Part shown: positions 1 to 12,361 of the stretch, one piece after another
How positions within the stretch are numbered: the first letter of the stretch is position 1
How the letters are laid out: every line of letters begins with the position of its first letter
NCBI GenBank assembly: GCA_965235115.1
Contig: OZ249436.1
Location: 30,568,001-30,632,000, forward strand
From: Laetmonice hystrix
Lineage: Eukaryota
Direction of reading: 5' to 3'
Length of the DNA stretch: 64,000 nt
Translations under genes and position numbers: made by a program
The notes under the pieces: model-generated
Told to the model about the DNA's origin: nothing
Database searches by the model: none
What the model saw: the letters and a program-made list of their open reading frames with translations, nothing else

Positions 1-877
1 GTGAGTGTATATAGAGGTCTTGCAGCTGTCCAAATGTGATTTTTGACTGGACTTCTCCTTTAAGGATCTTGACATTTTTGACGATTGCACTTATTGGCAC
101 CTGTTTTTTTAGGTTCTTTGAGATTCTCAGTAAAACTTAGAGTTTCTTGTGGAACCTGGAGGTTTTTTAGGAAGACGAAAGGTTGCTTGCAAGTGGGTAG
201 AGTTCCACAGAGAACCTGCACGTTCTTTAAGGGTTCTCTGAAATGTTGAGGGTTCCATCATACAATTAGTAACCAAGCACGAGTAGACTCTTTGTCCTGA
301 AGTGTCATCATAGGGGCGGGGCCTAGAACGCCGGCTAATGCGACCATAGCATAAATTAATAATAATATTAATAAGTCTTTGTCCTCTGGTGTTGAGTGGA
401 AGGTAAAAAAGTGGCCTAATTATGAAGTGTGATTCGTGAACATTGCTCTATAGGAAACACCATCTTTTGAGGCCAGAAGACGTTATTTAACTCCTTGGTA
501 CAGACAGTCGATATTTTCAGGCGGATTAGCTGGAGACGTTTGAACTTTTAAATACAACTGAACCGGTTTGAATTAACCAGGCCATACGGTTCGCACTAAG
601 ACTGGTTCTAAACTAGTTTAGATCCAGTATTGGTTTATTTCCTAACTCAAAATCGGCCGTAAATCGGTCTGTGTATCTGGGCCTTAAGAAGGGGATTGTT
701 TAGGGGGCACGCTAGATTTCGGAAAAGTACGGTGGTGTAGGCCTACTCTATGCAGACAAGTAATTTACTGTATTCGAGAAAGAGAGTGGAGCTGTAAGCA
801 GGATTACAACGCCATAACATTTTTAATGGAATGGACAAAAAGACCTGCTGCTGCGCTTAAACACCACGATATCCAGT

Positions 878-1250
878 CAGGAGCGGATGCAGCTTTTTCC
901 GTTAGGGGTGGTTCAACGTGTTCAGGGGCGACACCGACGTGACTGTGTATACGAGCGCCGAAGGCGCGAAGTCTGCAAGGGCCGACGGCGCGAAGCCTCC
1001 TAGGGGGTCCGGGGGCATGCTCCCCGGGAAAATTTTGAAATTCAAGGTGTAATTTGTTGCAATCCAATGCATTTTGGAGCAAAAAATAAGCTATTCAATG
1101 ACCAATGTGACCAAGGGCAAAAGGGCCTCCTCAACTCCAACAGCAACTTTGGCTATGCATGAAATTATGCCGAGCGTAGCGAGGAAATTTTTTTTTTAGG
1201 TGGTTTTTAGGGGGGTTCGAACCCCCTGAACCCCCCCTGGATCCGCCAGT
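878..1250. mobile_element. Degenerate hAT-like MITE (CAGNNGCGGAT...ATCCGCCNNTG family)
   Basis: Ends caggagcggatgcag and ctggatccgccagt; related copies or remnants at ~8015, ~42675, 55295-55457 and 57023-57164. Confidence 0.5.
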
Positions 1251-1290
1251 AAACTTTTCACGTCCTGGATGTTGAAACCCAGCGACTTAA

Positions 1291-1873
1291 AGGGAAATGT
1301 GAGTGTTCAAAGCGCCACCTAGTGAGTCGCGTTGGTATCACTGGGGAAATGTGAGTATTCAAAGCGCTACGAAGTGAGCTTTAACAGAAAAATGTTTGGC
1401 TTATTTATGCAGTCAACTAGTTTGATGTGGAAATCAGTAGAATTTTTTAAACCATGAACCAAACTGTGTGCCCGAACCTGTCTACTCCATTGAATGCTAT
1501 AGTTAAGACCCATGTTTTACCAAGGCACTGACTGTTTGGCAGGCTGTAACTTTTTTTTTAATTCGGTGACCCCCATTTTTTTTTGTTTTAAACTATTAGT
1601 CCTAATCCACTTTATCTTGTCACCGAGTTTTAGGAAAAAATTGGTGGTCATTTTTTAACTATTAGTCAAAATGTCTGAAAAATCCTGTTTTTTCCATTGA
1701 AACCTATAGTAAAGACCCATTTTTTACGGAGGCCTGTATAAAAAAATCTAATTCGGTGACATATGATTTTTTTTTTGTTTCTTTGTACTCCTGAGGACAA
1801 AGGCTATCCCCCATAAAAATATTTTGAAAATTCTAGTGGTCAATCAAATTCCGTCGAACACTCACATTTCCCT
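1291..1873. mobile_element. Non-autonomous TIR element with TTAA TSD (Kolobok-like)
   Basis: TIR AGGGAAATGTGAGTGTTC / GAACACTCACATTTCCCT; TTAA at 1287-1290 and 1874-1877. Confidence 0.85.
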
Positions 1874-2255
1874 TTAAGTACAGTATATAGGCCTACAGAT
1901 GCAGTCACCCAGGCGGCCATAGAGTGAGAATCCTTCACTGACAATCCAGATCGTTCCAGGGGTATTCAATCAAGGATTGTTCAGGCTAACTCTACTATTA
2001 CGAACTGAAGTTAATGACGGCGTATGACGTGTCAGAAGTCTTGGAGGATAAAAGTCCATTAAAGCGATGAGGACATGCACTCTTGAAATCGGTAATTATC
2101 ATTATCGTTGACAAGCCGCACCTAGGAATATAACCGTTAGAAAATGTTTGTGTGGGTTTAATTGTGGCACGCGGGAACCTAACGCGCCACGGGATATCTA
2201 TTATAATGATCCGGCCTTGGACAGAGTCGGGCTTGGGACCATTGTCAATACTCAC

Positions 2256-2678
2256 CGTTTGGAGTAAGTGAGGTGACAATGTTCATTATTGTGGTTCTAC
2301 TTTATTCCCAGGCTGACAGTGCAGTAGTCATTATCTGTGCCAGACGAACTGTGCTGTCAGCTGCCTGTTTCATACCCACACTCGCCGGCACAAATGGACG
2401 GCGCCGCTGGACATCGACTGGACTGTCTGACGCTCTGGTCAAGAGAAACAGGGCGCAATATGGAAGGAGACATTCCCTGGCATGGCCATATACCGGACGT
2501 CCATTTGGTGAAGTAGGGGCCTGCGCGCGGCTCCTCTCTTCATACACGTTTCCTCCTGAGAACGAACATTGTGATTTGGACGCACTCCTCGTGGGCTCTC
2601 CCACTAAATGCTCACGGATTCGGGAGTATCCGGCGATAGGCCAGGAGAGGGGGCGGTTGTAGCAGTTTGCGATTACAA
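2256..2678 (-). other. Possible exon (5' UTR plus start MNIVTSLTPN) of an unidentified gene running off the left edge
   Basis: Acceptor gatacag at 2679, ATG at 2286, strong donor ACG/GTGAGT at 2256/2255; candidate upstream donor GC/GTAAGT at 5096/5095 next to a CpG-rich stretch. No protein family recognised. Confidence 0.3.
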
Positions 2679-5600
2679 CTGTATCGATCTCACGGGAAGC
2701 AAGAGTTCAGTCATCAGTATCAGGGAATTAATTGCACGAGTATGAATCAGATCCAGGGGGTCTGTAGCTGGCAGACATGATCCTATTTACCCTTATCATA
2801 TTCCATACATGCCAACCGCTCCGATTTAATTGGAATCGTAACAATGTTCGTGTTTCCAGATATATAGCAGAAAAATAGTAACTTTCTGATTTTCGAATTT
2901 TGAGATATAGCAATATATTATAGGCCTACATCAAATAATGTCAACTTTTAAGGGTCACGGGGGCTCCGTGCCCTGTATACCCCCGTCGGGGCACTGCCCC
3001 TTTCAAAACAGCCTTTCTTTAGCTTTAAAAATGTCCAACCCCCATGGAGCTCGCGGGGTCCCCGCCCCCTGTACCCCAGCCGGGGGCCGATAGGTGGCCC
3101 CCTGGACCTCTCACGGGTAGTGTTTATAGATTTCAGGTTTTCCAATGTTGGCATGAGGTATGATATTGCTATAGCGTCGGGCACTTCCATATTTTGAGAC
3201 AACCGTTCGAAATTCAGTAGGAATATAGGCCCTATACAGTGTAGGCCTACATGGGAGGAGTGTATGTATTTGGAATTGTTGCCTATCATTGTTAAGCCAG
3301 CAATCCATGTGTCCGTAGTGCGTATTGCGTATTCAAAACAATGAAAACACGCACTATACGCACACCGCACATGTAGTTACACCTGGAATCACTCCAACTT
3401 GTTTTCATTGATTTTGATGACTACGCATTACGCATCACGCCCACACTATGTACACACATGGATTCCTGGCTTGCTACGGCGGCTGACATCCTAGTAGACT
3501 ATATAACAGAATCTCACAACCTACAAAAAGACGATCAATCACATGGTAAGACAAACTCTTACTGAACTTTCCTCTCCACGTTACAAAACCTTTAAGACCA
3601 CCATAACGGTGCATCATGATGATAGAAAATGCGTGTCTAACTACGGAGAAGGGGTTACGTTGTTATAGCTTGAACACGTTCAGTTTGAAAACTTTAATCC
3701 AATACAGTAATAGGCTAGAAACTTTCCTATTTTTGTGCGGTGAAGATTAATCGGCATCAATCTAAGGCTTAGCCTGTATTGCATTCAGGGGGAGCAGACA
3801 GAAAACAAGTCTTTACTATCCGAAACTTTCCTTAATGACCCCGATGGGACTTGGCCATCCACATGCAGTACCACACCACGATCAGCGTGACAGACATTCA
3901 TGACATTTTTAGTTCATTAAAGCTGTCTTTCACAGATTAAAAAAATAACCAAAGGTGTAAAAAGAATCAAATATGTTTTAAAACAGGGCTTAGTGGTAAA
4001 ACGGCTTAGCATACGGCCGTCCGCTGTTTTGTGATGGATTAGACTTCAATTTACTGAATAAATATCCCGCGCGGCCACATTAAAAGCAAACAAACGGATT
4101 CATTTTAATCTACAATTGAGAGATTAAACCAAGGGGAGAAACTTAAATAAATATTATCTGTCCTTATTTTATCATAATGTGTTGTGCTTTAACATCGTAC
4201 TGAAAATTACCGAGCGGGTTTTGATATATTATTAAGCCGGTAGAATATAATATGTTCGCCACCCTTCACCACGTTCCACTCTCCTGTATACAAAGGTATA
4301 CCGTTCGGTAATATGAGTATACAAGAGTGGGTAATGAAACCGTCCTTTACTATATAAGGAAGCCGAGAAAATGTATTTCAGATGAAAATATTGAACAAGT
4401 AAAATAAGTTAGATTAGAGATATTCTAAATAAATATAGAGCTACATAAATGAGTCAGACTTACTTATGTGGGTCACAAGGCCATGCGAGCACGGCCATAA
4501 TAAGGCCCTGCTGCCGGTGAGGGCTGAACCATTTTATATAGTCCGGATTATAGTATCTCCCCATGGCATGGATGATAGCTCCTTACAGTTTAATTACCTT
4601 AAAGTAACAGTCTCGTCCTTCAGCAATGTAGGGGGGGGGGGGCATCCTAACGGTTATTTATAGACATAAGTTCCTATATGGTCGTATAGTTATCAAATAG
4701 ACCACTAGGTGGCTGCGAGCATGGTCTAACGGACGAGACTAATAAGTCACAATATGATAAATAACACGTATTACGAGTTACATAACCGATCATGTCAGAC
4801 GGGTTGCGCCAATTTAGGTAAGTTCTGTTCTTAATAATCATTAATAGCCAACTGCATGTGCCAACAAATTATCGCGGTTTACAAACTGAATGCCAGTATC
4901 CCCTACGTAAACTTACGTGGTTTACTACACGAACTGGGTAATATTGTAACTGACTGAATCATTCCTTCCAGAAAACGGGGAATAAGAGAACGTTCCGGCG
5001 ATGTGCGGGTGTGAAAAACGAAGTTCGTCTCCCTAATCGGGCACTGGCATACAGAAATGGCCTGATCATTATATCCATTTCTCTATACTACTTACGCACA
5101 GCCTCAACCCACACTATAGGTCGCGTATATCAACGGGCCTATTGTAAATTGCGCAAGTTCAAGCTGGACCATTTAGCATTACAAAAAGAACAGAGGGCGG
5201 TCATGGCAGGCTGTTATGCAACGGGCAAATCTGACATACAAAGGAATTTTTGCATATTTATTTCCGGATACGTCCCAACTCGAGACGGACTGTCTGCGCA
5301 TGCTGACCTGTTGGCCGACTCGCCGCTGCTACAAATAGTCATGAGCAGACTTCGAGCAGTCGCGAACTAAAGCCTGTAGGCCATATCGGATCACGACAAG
5401 GGGTCATTCACAGGCGTTCGAATACAAATAGTCGAGAGCCATCGACCGCGTTAAATATGGCATAATTGTCTCCGTCACGGAGGTCATTTACTGCCAGTAT
5501 CGTAAAAACTCTCACTAACCGCACCTTCAAATATTGGCTTGTTGATGGCGATTGAGTCGGCCGAGCGCGTCAACGTGCCTGCCTGCAGACGACAGCTGGT

Positions 5601-5751
5601 CGGCGCCGCCCGCAGCCTAACCTCATCCTGAGACCTTGATAGGGCAGTAATGAACGCCCATCATTTACAGCCTCATTTGGTCTGCTCTAATAATCCGCAG
5701 CAGGCAATTCAGGCATCACTCTTGGTCACAAAGACATGTCGAACCGCGATT

Positions 5752-5873
5752 CTTTCTCCTGGAAGTTATAGAAAGTCCTTAATGCTCCTTCACTATACCA
5801 TTAACTTGTTCCTTTCTCCTGGAAGTTAGAAAGTCCTTAATGCTCCTTCACTATACCATTAACTTGTTCCTTT
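5752..5873. repeat. Local tandem duplication, ~60 bp x2
   Basis: ctttctcctggaagtta(ta)gaaagtccttaatgctccttcactataccattaacttgttc occurs twice. Confidence 0.9.
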
Positions 5874-6029
5874 CGGTTAGGTTACAATTTTGCAAATAAT
5901 TATTTATCTGAAAAGAAGTTACGTGTAAATTAGCATCAAAACGTAGGTCTAAGGCTATATAGTGCAATAGGTATAAGTTTAGCCGATTTCGCAACAACGG
6001 GGATCCAGACGAACTCGAGCGACATCAGT

Positions 6030-6420
6030 GCTGGCGCCACACTAGGCGATTCCGTTGCGATCACGTGCGATCAGGTTGCGATAAACGCATAGTGTAGCAG
6101 GCTCCGTCGCCCATCGCAAGGTCGTCGCAAACTCGTTGCTGCTTCGTCGCAAAGAATAAACATGTTCATTCTTTGCGACGACGGTTGCAGCTGAATCGCA
6201 CCATTGCCCTGCTTGCTACAAGTGTAGCCATCGCCGTCGCTCAGTGATTATCCGTACGAATATTGGTTGAAATGAGGCGGCAAATCGGGTGGGCGGTCCC
6301 CTCTTCGATCGCCAAGTGTAGCAACATTACCGATGCGACGAGCGAGCGACCGGCATCCCCCTGGTTGCGATGGGTCGTCGCAAGCAAATCGCTTGTTGGA
6401 TCGCCTAGTGTAGCACCAGC
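6030..6420. mobile_element. PIF/Harbinger-type MITE
   Basis: TIR gctggcgccacactaggcgat / atcgcctagtgtagcaccagc; internal TCGC/GCGA-rich repeats; TTA/TAA on the right, left TSD degenerate. Confidence 0.7.
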
Positions 6421-6758
6421 TTAAGGGCAAATTTCTATCAACTCGAAGTGCCACGGTCAAAATAATCATTTTTCGGAGATTCCTTTGGAGTCAACTTCTT
6501 CCATTCCTGTCCTATTACCTAAATGATTTATGTATTGAAAGCATGCCGTTAACCACATTGAAATCCATGATTATATGCTGGCAGTTTACATTACTCAACC
6601 CAGCCTAGAAACGATTTCAAAGAACGACTCGATCTGGTTTAGGCCAATACCATTACAAGGCTCGCCTATTCTTGGCTGGGAAACGACCGAGTTCGGTTCT
6701 TCATGGCACTTTAAACACGACCACACACAAGGAATGAATGAATATTTTTTTACCAATT

Positions 6759-9700
6759 TTATTGTGTAGAACGTGCTGACCTTAGTTTGGGATCACTTAT
6801 GGCCTTAGATGGGTCACAAGTAAATGAAATGGTCATAGCATATCGAGTGCCATCCGTCACCTTCTCAACGTAATGTACGTTCTCGGATCCTGACGTAAAA
6901 AACGAAAGCCGACCTGAAAACAAAATAACAAAGGATGTATTGTGAGGATGCATACAGTATGATACTCAGCATGAAGCAGCATCCTTGATAGTCGTATCAC
7001 TGAGGGGGTTGATTTAGAAACGTCTGCCTGGTTAAACGCAAATCGGGACGACTCGGCTGCAATATAGCGCGGCTTTCTGCCGGCTGCACACTGCCTCTGA
7101 AAGCCCGCCACTCAATAGCTTCTACTGCACAAACATCTTTTTTTTTCTTCTTCGTCTGCTTAAACAGAAACCCCGACAAACGGGCCCCGGGGGCGGATCT
7201 GGTCACGAATGGCACGGATCTAATGCAAACTAAAGAACAACTCGTGAATACGTGAGTTGTTTCTTCATATGACACCATGTGGAGTGTGTGACCTGATTTT
7301 CTGTCGGTTGTTTTGAAAACTCTTTCATTATGCGATTTACGGTATCACTCAACGATTCTCACTACTGATTGCTCAGTAATAGCGATTACAACTACAAGTA
7401 CATATCTTGGTCATCAAAAGATGTGAGAAGTATATTTGAAACGAGTTCCTCATAGGCTTAAAATATTGTTCTGAATTAAACATGAGCAGATATCGAAAAA
7501 TGGGGTGAAGTCGCTCTCTCTATGCATGTTTGTTTCGAGCATGAAATACACAAATTTCCTTATAGAACAACGGCTCAACCTACCAATCTTTGGTTCAATA
7601 ATTTGATTTGTAACATTGCCAACGAAGATAAACCGTCCGCCTTGGAAGCTTGTGCCATAATCACTCAGGTACAATAGTGAAGTGTAGTCAAAAGTTCCAT
7701 AGGTTTCCTGTAGAAAAAGGCGATGAAAGATAAAGTATTCTTCACCGAAAAAATACTGCATTGCAGGCTTTAACGAATTTACTGGCACAGATAAAGACAA
7801 CTCCCTCCCTGAACACCTCATGGTTAAAGAAAACCTGCCAGAATGGCCAGAATGGCTACAACAGAAAAGGTCTATATGGCCGACGTCCTCAGTCTAACCT
7901 TTTTTTGAATCAATTTGCACAAACGATGGGGGACATCTACTAATAATATAACAAATATAATAATATATAGGATGATTTTTTTGGGGGGGAAGACCCCCTT
8001 GCGCCCCCCCCCCCGGATCCACCAATGCCTCTAGCCCACCAATAGCCCCCCCCCCCCCCCTCCCCGACTAGAAACGTTGAGTTTAGGAGTCCATGCATTA
8101 GCCCTGACATCTGGTGGCAAAGTAAAGCACCAGCTGGCGCAAATGATACCAGATGGAACTATAGCACATCCCCTTGAAAATGCTTGCTTCACTCAAACTC
8201 ATTTGTCTTTTATGATGGATTGTTACGGCATACTAGTCAAATTTGACCTTCTAAAACGACAACTTTTCCCAAATTTACATTTTATATCAGTACAGGAAAC
8301 CATTAAATACCTTGTCAACATGAGCATGCCAATATTCATCATGAACTGTTTCAGCTGCTTTATTTGTCATTCTTGAAAAGAAGGTGGGTTTTGTGAGCTG
8401 AATGGAATGTTCAGGCACTGCAAACTGTCCAGAGATGGCTGACTGGACCTTCCTCCGGACGTTCCTGATCAAACACAAAGTATAACGTCCTACACTCACA
8501 TGTATTCTAAATTATCCAAGTTATTCAATGTAATCCATTATCAATTGCTGGTTAATCATTAATTGAAACCCCTGGAATTTGATTAATAGACAGTACATCG
8601 TGTTACATCAGGTAGTATCATTACCATACCTATATATTTCAAAGTCCTGTTCGGTAAAGACTGGTGCGGAGTCTGATATCACCCTTAAAATAAAAGAAAA
8701 TGAAAAGGTTACGGTGCTCTGTAGCCAGTCTCTTGGATTATGAAGATGTTATATTAAATGTGACATATCCTATCATAACCGTAGCATTTGACATCAAGCA
8801 GAACTGGCATGAACTTCCTGTACACTGATCACTGCTTTAAATGTAAATTTGCTTGTTTGAAAAAATCATTATCGAGAGTGCAGCTCATTCCGACAAATAG
8901 TACTGTTCTCTAAGCATCAATAACAGATATTACAATTACAAATATAATATCATTTTCATATGCACACCGTATAATTATATGACTATTCTGTTTACACTAA
9001 GCCAGTGACCATAATTCTAATATTGGATTTGTATGTAAAACACAAGAAAGTAATATTGTGGCTAAGGCTCTGGTAAATACTCAGGAAGGCATAAAACAAA
9101 GTGTTTCTTACGAGTATATATTAATGAATTTGGTTCCCTTGGAGAGAGCTCCCGAGTGTAAATCCAGTATGGATGCCTGAAAACAACAGGTTAACCCTCT
9201 TTTTAAAACCAATATTTTTTTCTTGAACAATTTAAAACCAATATTAGTAGGTTATAGATATGTTACTATGTAGATCTTTGCATCAGATCATTAGGAGACA
9301 GTCAACCTTTAATTCATGCCTTACCTAATATAATATAGATCATTGACAGAGATAGTGAGCTTGTAATCATTTGTTTATGAACTGAGTGAAAATTTATAGA
9401 CGTGTACACAGGGCATCAATAAACAGCGAACTGAGCAAAATGAACGAACTGAGATTGATTAGTTACGCCTGGGGGATTCCCGATAGGGACTGGCTATAGG
9501 GAGCCGAAGTAGGTCACGAGATGTTGCGTTACAACGCGATAAAAGTCGATTTTGTTGACACGTCATTATCGCTCACGCATGTTTAGCATTGCGCTGGCCA
9601 TAGGGAACGGCGACTGCCAACTTCAACTTGTGATTTCTCTGTAATTATGCTGCCCTTTGTAATGAAACCTTCCCAGATATTTGTATCAACCTGTTTTATG

Positions 9701-12159
9701 CTTGAATAAATGATTTTGATACATAACAACACAAAAATCTTCAAGACTAGGCCGATCTTCGGAACGATGTCTCTCCCTCCTATGTTAATCAAATGGGGAA
9801 ATTTGTGACGTAACATTTGGGTGTCAACATTGACGCTCCATTTGTACCTCCTATCCAGAAAATCCGTAACTGTGTCACGAGACTTCGGCGCCCTATTGAC
9901 ACCAACACAGAAACAGCCGACTGAAATTAGTTTGACTAATTCCGACACGAAACCGTGTGTTTGGGTTAGGGTATAGGTTAGGCCTAGGGTTAGTGTTAGT
10001 TTAATCCCGATTTATTGTTAAATAGGCACTAACTTCCGGCTGTGACGTCATACCTGAAGTCACGGGCTTGTAGCACGACTAATCGATCTCAGTTCGCTCA
10101 GTTTGTTCAGTTCGCTGTTTATTGATGCCCGTGTACACATGTCAACTGGTGTCAACAAGTGAACTAACAGTTTAACCTACCCCTCCACTACCGCCACCAA
10201 GAGCAAGCCCATTCTTTGCAATTCTGAAAACAAGTTGTTTTCCTTCAGTAACATAAACAGTGACTGGCCACCGCCACTGTAACGCTAATAATCTACATAC
10301 TTAATTCATATGCTAACAATACACTAAATACTCTTTATGTACATTAAAGTGGAGATAAGTTCATAAGCTTAAAATACAGCAGCTGCATATGGGCAAAGAT
10401 TTAGTCTGCCTTAGATTCCAAAAAGACCTTTAAACTATTTATATATTTTAACATTAAAATGCTGCATGTTTAGTACACTGGCACTGCATAGACTTCTAGT
10501 ATGTTGTATTTTCCCCCGAAAAAGTCTACATTCTCAACTGCTGTAATGGAGTTAACATACCTGAGCAGCTGTTCTGCTTCCTTTTTTGTCACAACATCAT
10601 CCATTACTATGCGACCACATCTTTTAGGTGTACATTCTGGAAACATATTTGTTTTTTAGTATTCGCGTAGATTTAAGTGTATGTGGACTTGAAAATAGGG
10701 GCAGGCCGATACAATGGTGAATCATTCCGCCGCTCCTTTAAAAACATTCTAATACTTTTGACCATTTAAAAAAGACCTGTTACTTTCAGATATTCTAGTT
10801 GACAACAGGTTGGGGAAAAGCGCAAATGAATAAGCAGTGAAATATTTATCCTAGCTTTATCAAATTTTCTTTAGATTTCTACTTTAAAAGAATTGTACTT
10901 TTGCATGGAGATACTCTCTTTAATAAACTATACTTACCTTTAAACTTTAGACGTTCTTTTTCATAATCTTTTGAGCAGGGAATCTCAATACCTCTGTGAT
11001 GTACATTTTCTGCAACACTGACAAAAACCTCCTTCGAAGGTCTGAGAAAATACTGTGCTGCAAAAACAACTCCAGCAACTACTAGTACGCGAATAATGAT
11101 TCGACGTTTTGTCAACAACGAAGGCTGGCCTGTGTCTGCTTCTTCTTGATTTCTGGATAGAAACAAATAATAAAACAGATAACAAGATCCATATCCAGTT
11201 AGTGTTGAAACTGAGTGAGAAGGAAGTGCTGAAACTAAATAAGAAAGTAGGATTTGATAATCTATGAAAAAATGCTTCTTGAAAATTTCAAATATGCAAA
11301 TAACAACCTGTGGCACACACAAATGTCTTTACACTTTACACTAACTTACAAGATAAATCATCGAAACAGATGATGCTCCTGGCCCTGGGAATAAGATTAT
11401 CAATATAACTACCCTTTTATCTCCACAAAATCAAACTCTTTCCCATTCATAATAGTAAACCTTCCTCTAAATATTGCATTGGAAATTTTCAAAAGAAAAC
11501 TCCTGACCATTTTTTCAATAATGGGGGAGGGGGGGGGTGCAGGATTCCTGCCATACAATTTTACCAAAAATGTGCAGAAAGTCTCACTAATACTAATAGA
11601 CCGACTGGCAATCTGGTTATTTTAATTAATTTTATTTAAAAAAAGTTATGTTGTGAACTTTTTTCCCATGAAAAAGCAGGGTTCCCCCAAGTCAAGGCAG
11701 GGCGATCCCATCCAAACTTTTAAACCGATATATAAGCAGGTCCTACCCCCCCCCCCCCACGGCCCCCCCTAACCGCCCCCTTGCAAGAATCCCCCCCCCC
11801 CTTTTTTCGGGGGGGGGGGGGGGGGGGCATATTCCCCGGGCCCTAGTTCCAGTTGGTACTACTACTAGCACCAAGAATATTGGGATGGGTACCCATCCCA
11901 ATATGGCAATATTATATTCTTGCTAGCACTAGAGAATCTAGCACTGTGTACTGTACTGTGTCTTTAGCCAGTGTGGGCCCTAGCAGGTGCGCCTCCTGTC
12001 CTAACCTAAGGCTAAGGCTAAGGGCAGGCTAAGGCTAAGCTAACGTATTCAAATTCGATGTTGAGTTCAAGCAGCTCATCTTCTTTGCACAACAACATAC
12101 ACTTCTGAACCTGGCTTCATGCCAGTTGGTTGTCTCTTCTGACGTCGACGATTGGACAT
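6759..12159 (-). CDS. OGFOD3: 2-oxoglutarate/Fe(II)-dependent oxygenase domain-containing protein 3, 9 coding exons, ~314 aa
   Basis: Exons 12159-12101, 11152-10938, 10636-10561, 10223-10181, 9176-9112, 8683-8630, 8464-8311, 7707-7584, 6913-6759. All introns are GT-AG with matching phases; total 945 nt. Peptides CTPKRCGR, ASILDLHSGALS, LTKPTFFSR, HDEYWHAHVDK, TYGTFDYTSLLYLSDY, FFTSGSENVHYVEKV and GTRYAMTISF match OGFOD3 as recalled (HxD...H iron triad, N-terminal TM helix). Confidence 0.95.
9410..10130. mobile_element. Non-autonomous TIR element in OGFOD3 intron 4
   Basis: ~55-bp TIR gggcatcaataaacagcgaactga... / ...tcagttcgctgtttattgatgccc, flanked on both sides by GTGTACAC (8-bp TSD or palindromic site); internal GGGTTA-like repeats at 9961-10000. 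Confidence 0.8.
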
Positions 12160-12361
12160 GTTTGACACTTGCCGGCCCCACTAACTTGACTAAGTACAGG
12201 CGGCAGATTCCCTCAGTGTTCGTTGTGCCAGCAACTCCGGAAGTCCACGAGCAACAATTGTAACGGGTAGTACCGGTAGGAACACCATATTATTTCTCCA
12301 CTTTTACATTATTCCACATGTTTCCGGTTTGCAACTTTGGCGAGAAGATAATTTGTTGAAA
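12160..12361. promoter_or_regulatory. Bidirectional promoter OGFOD3/REXO5
   Basis: Divergent start codons ~200 bp apart; ETS-type CCGGAAGT at ~12237-12244 and TTTCCGG at ~12321. Confidence 0.7.

Noticed and set aside
9961..10000. Interstitial telomere
   Set aside because: Only a few degenerate GGGTTA units inside a TIR element.
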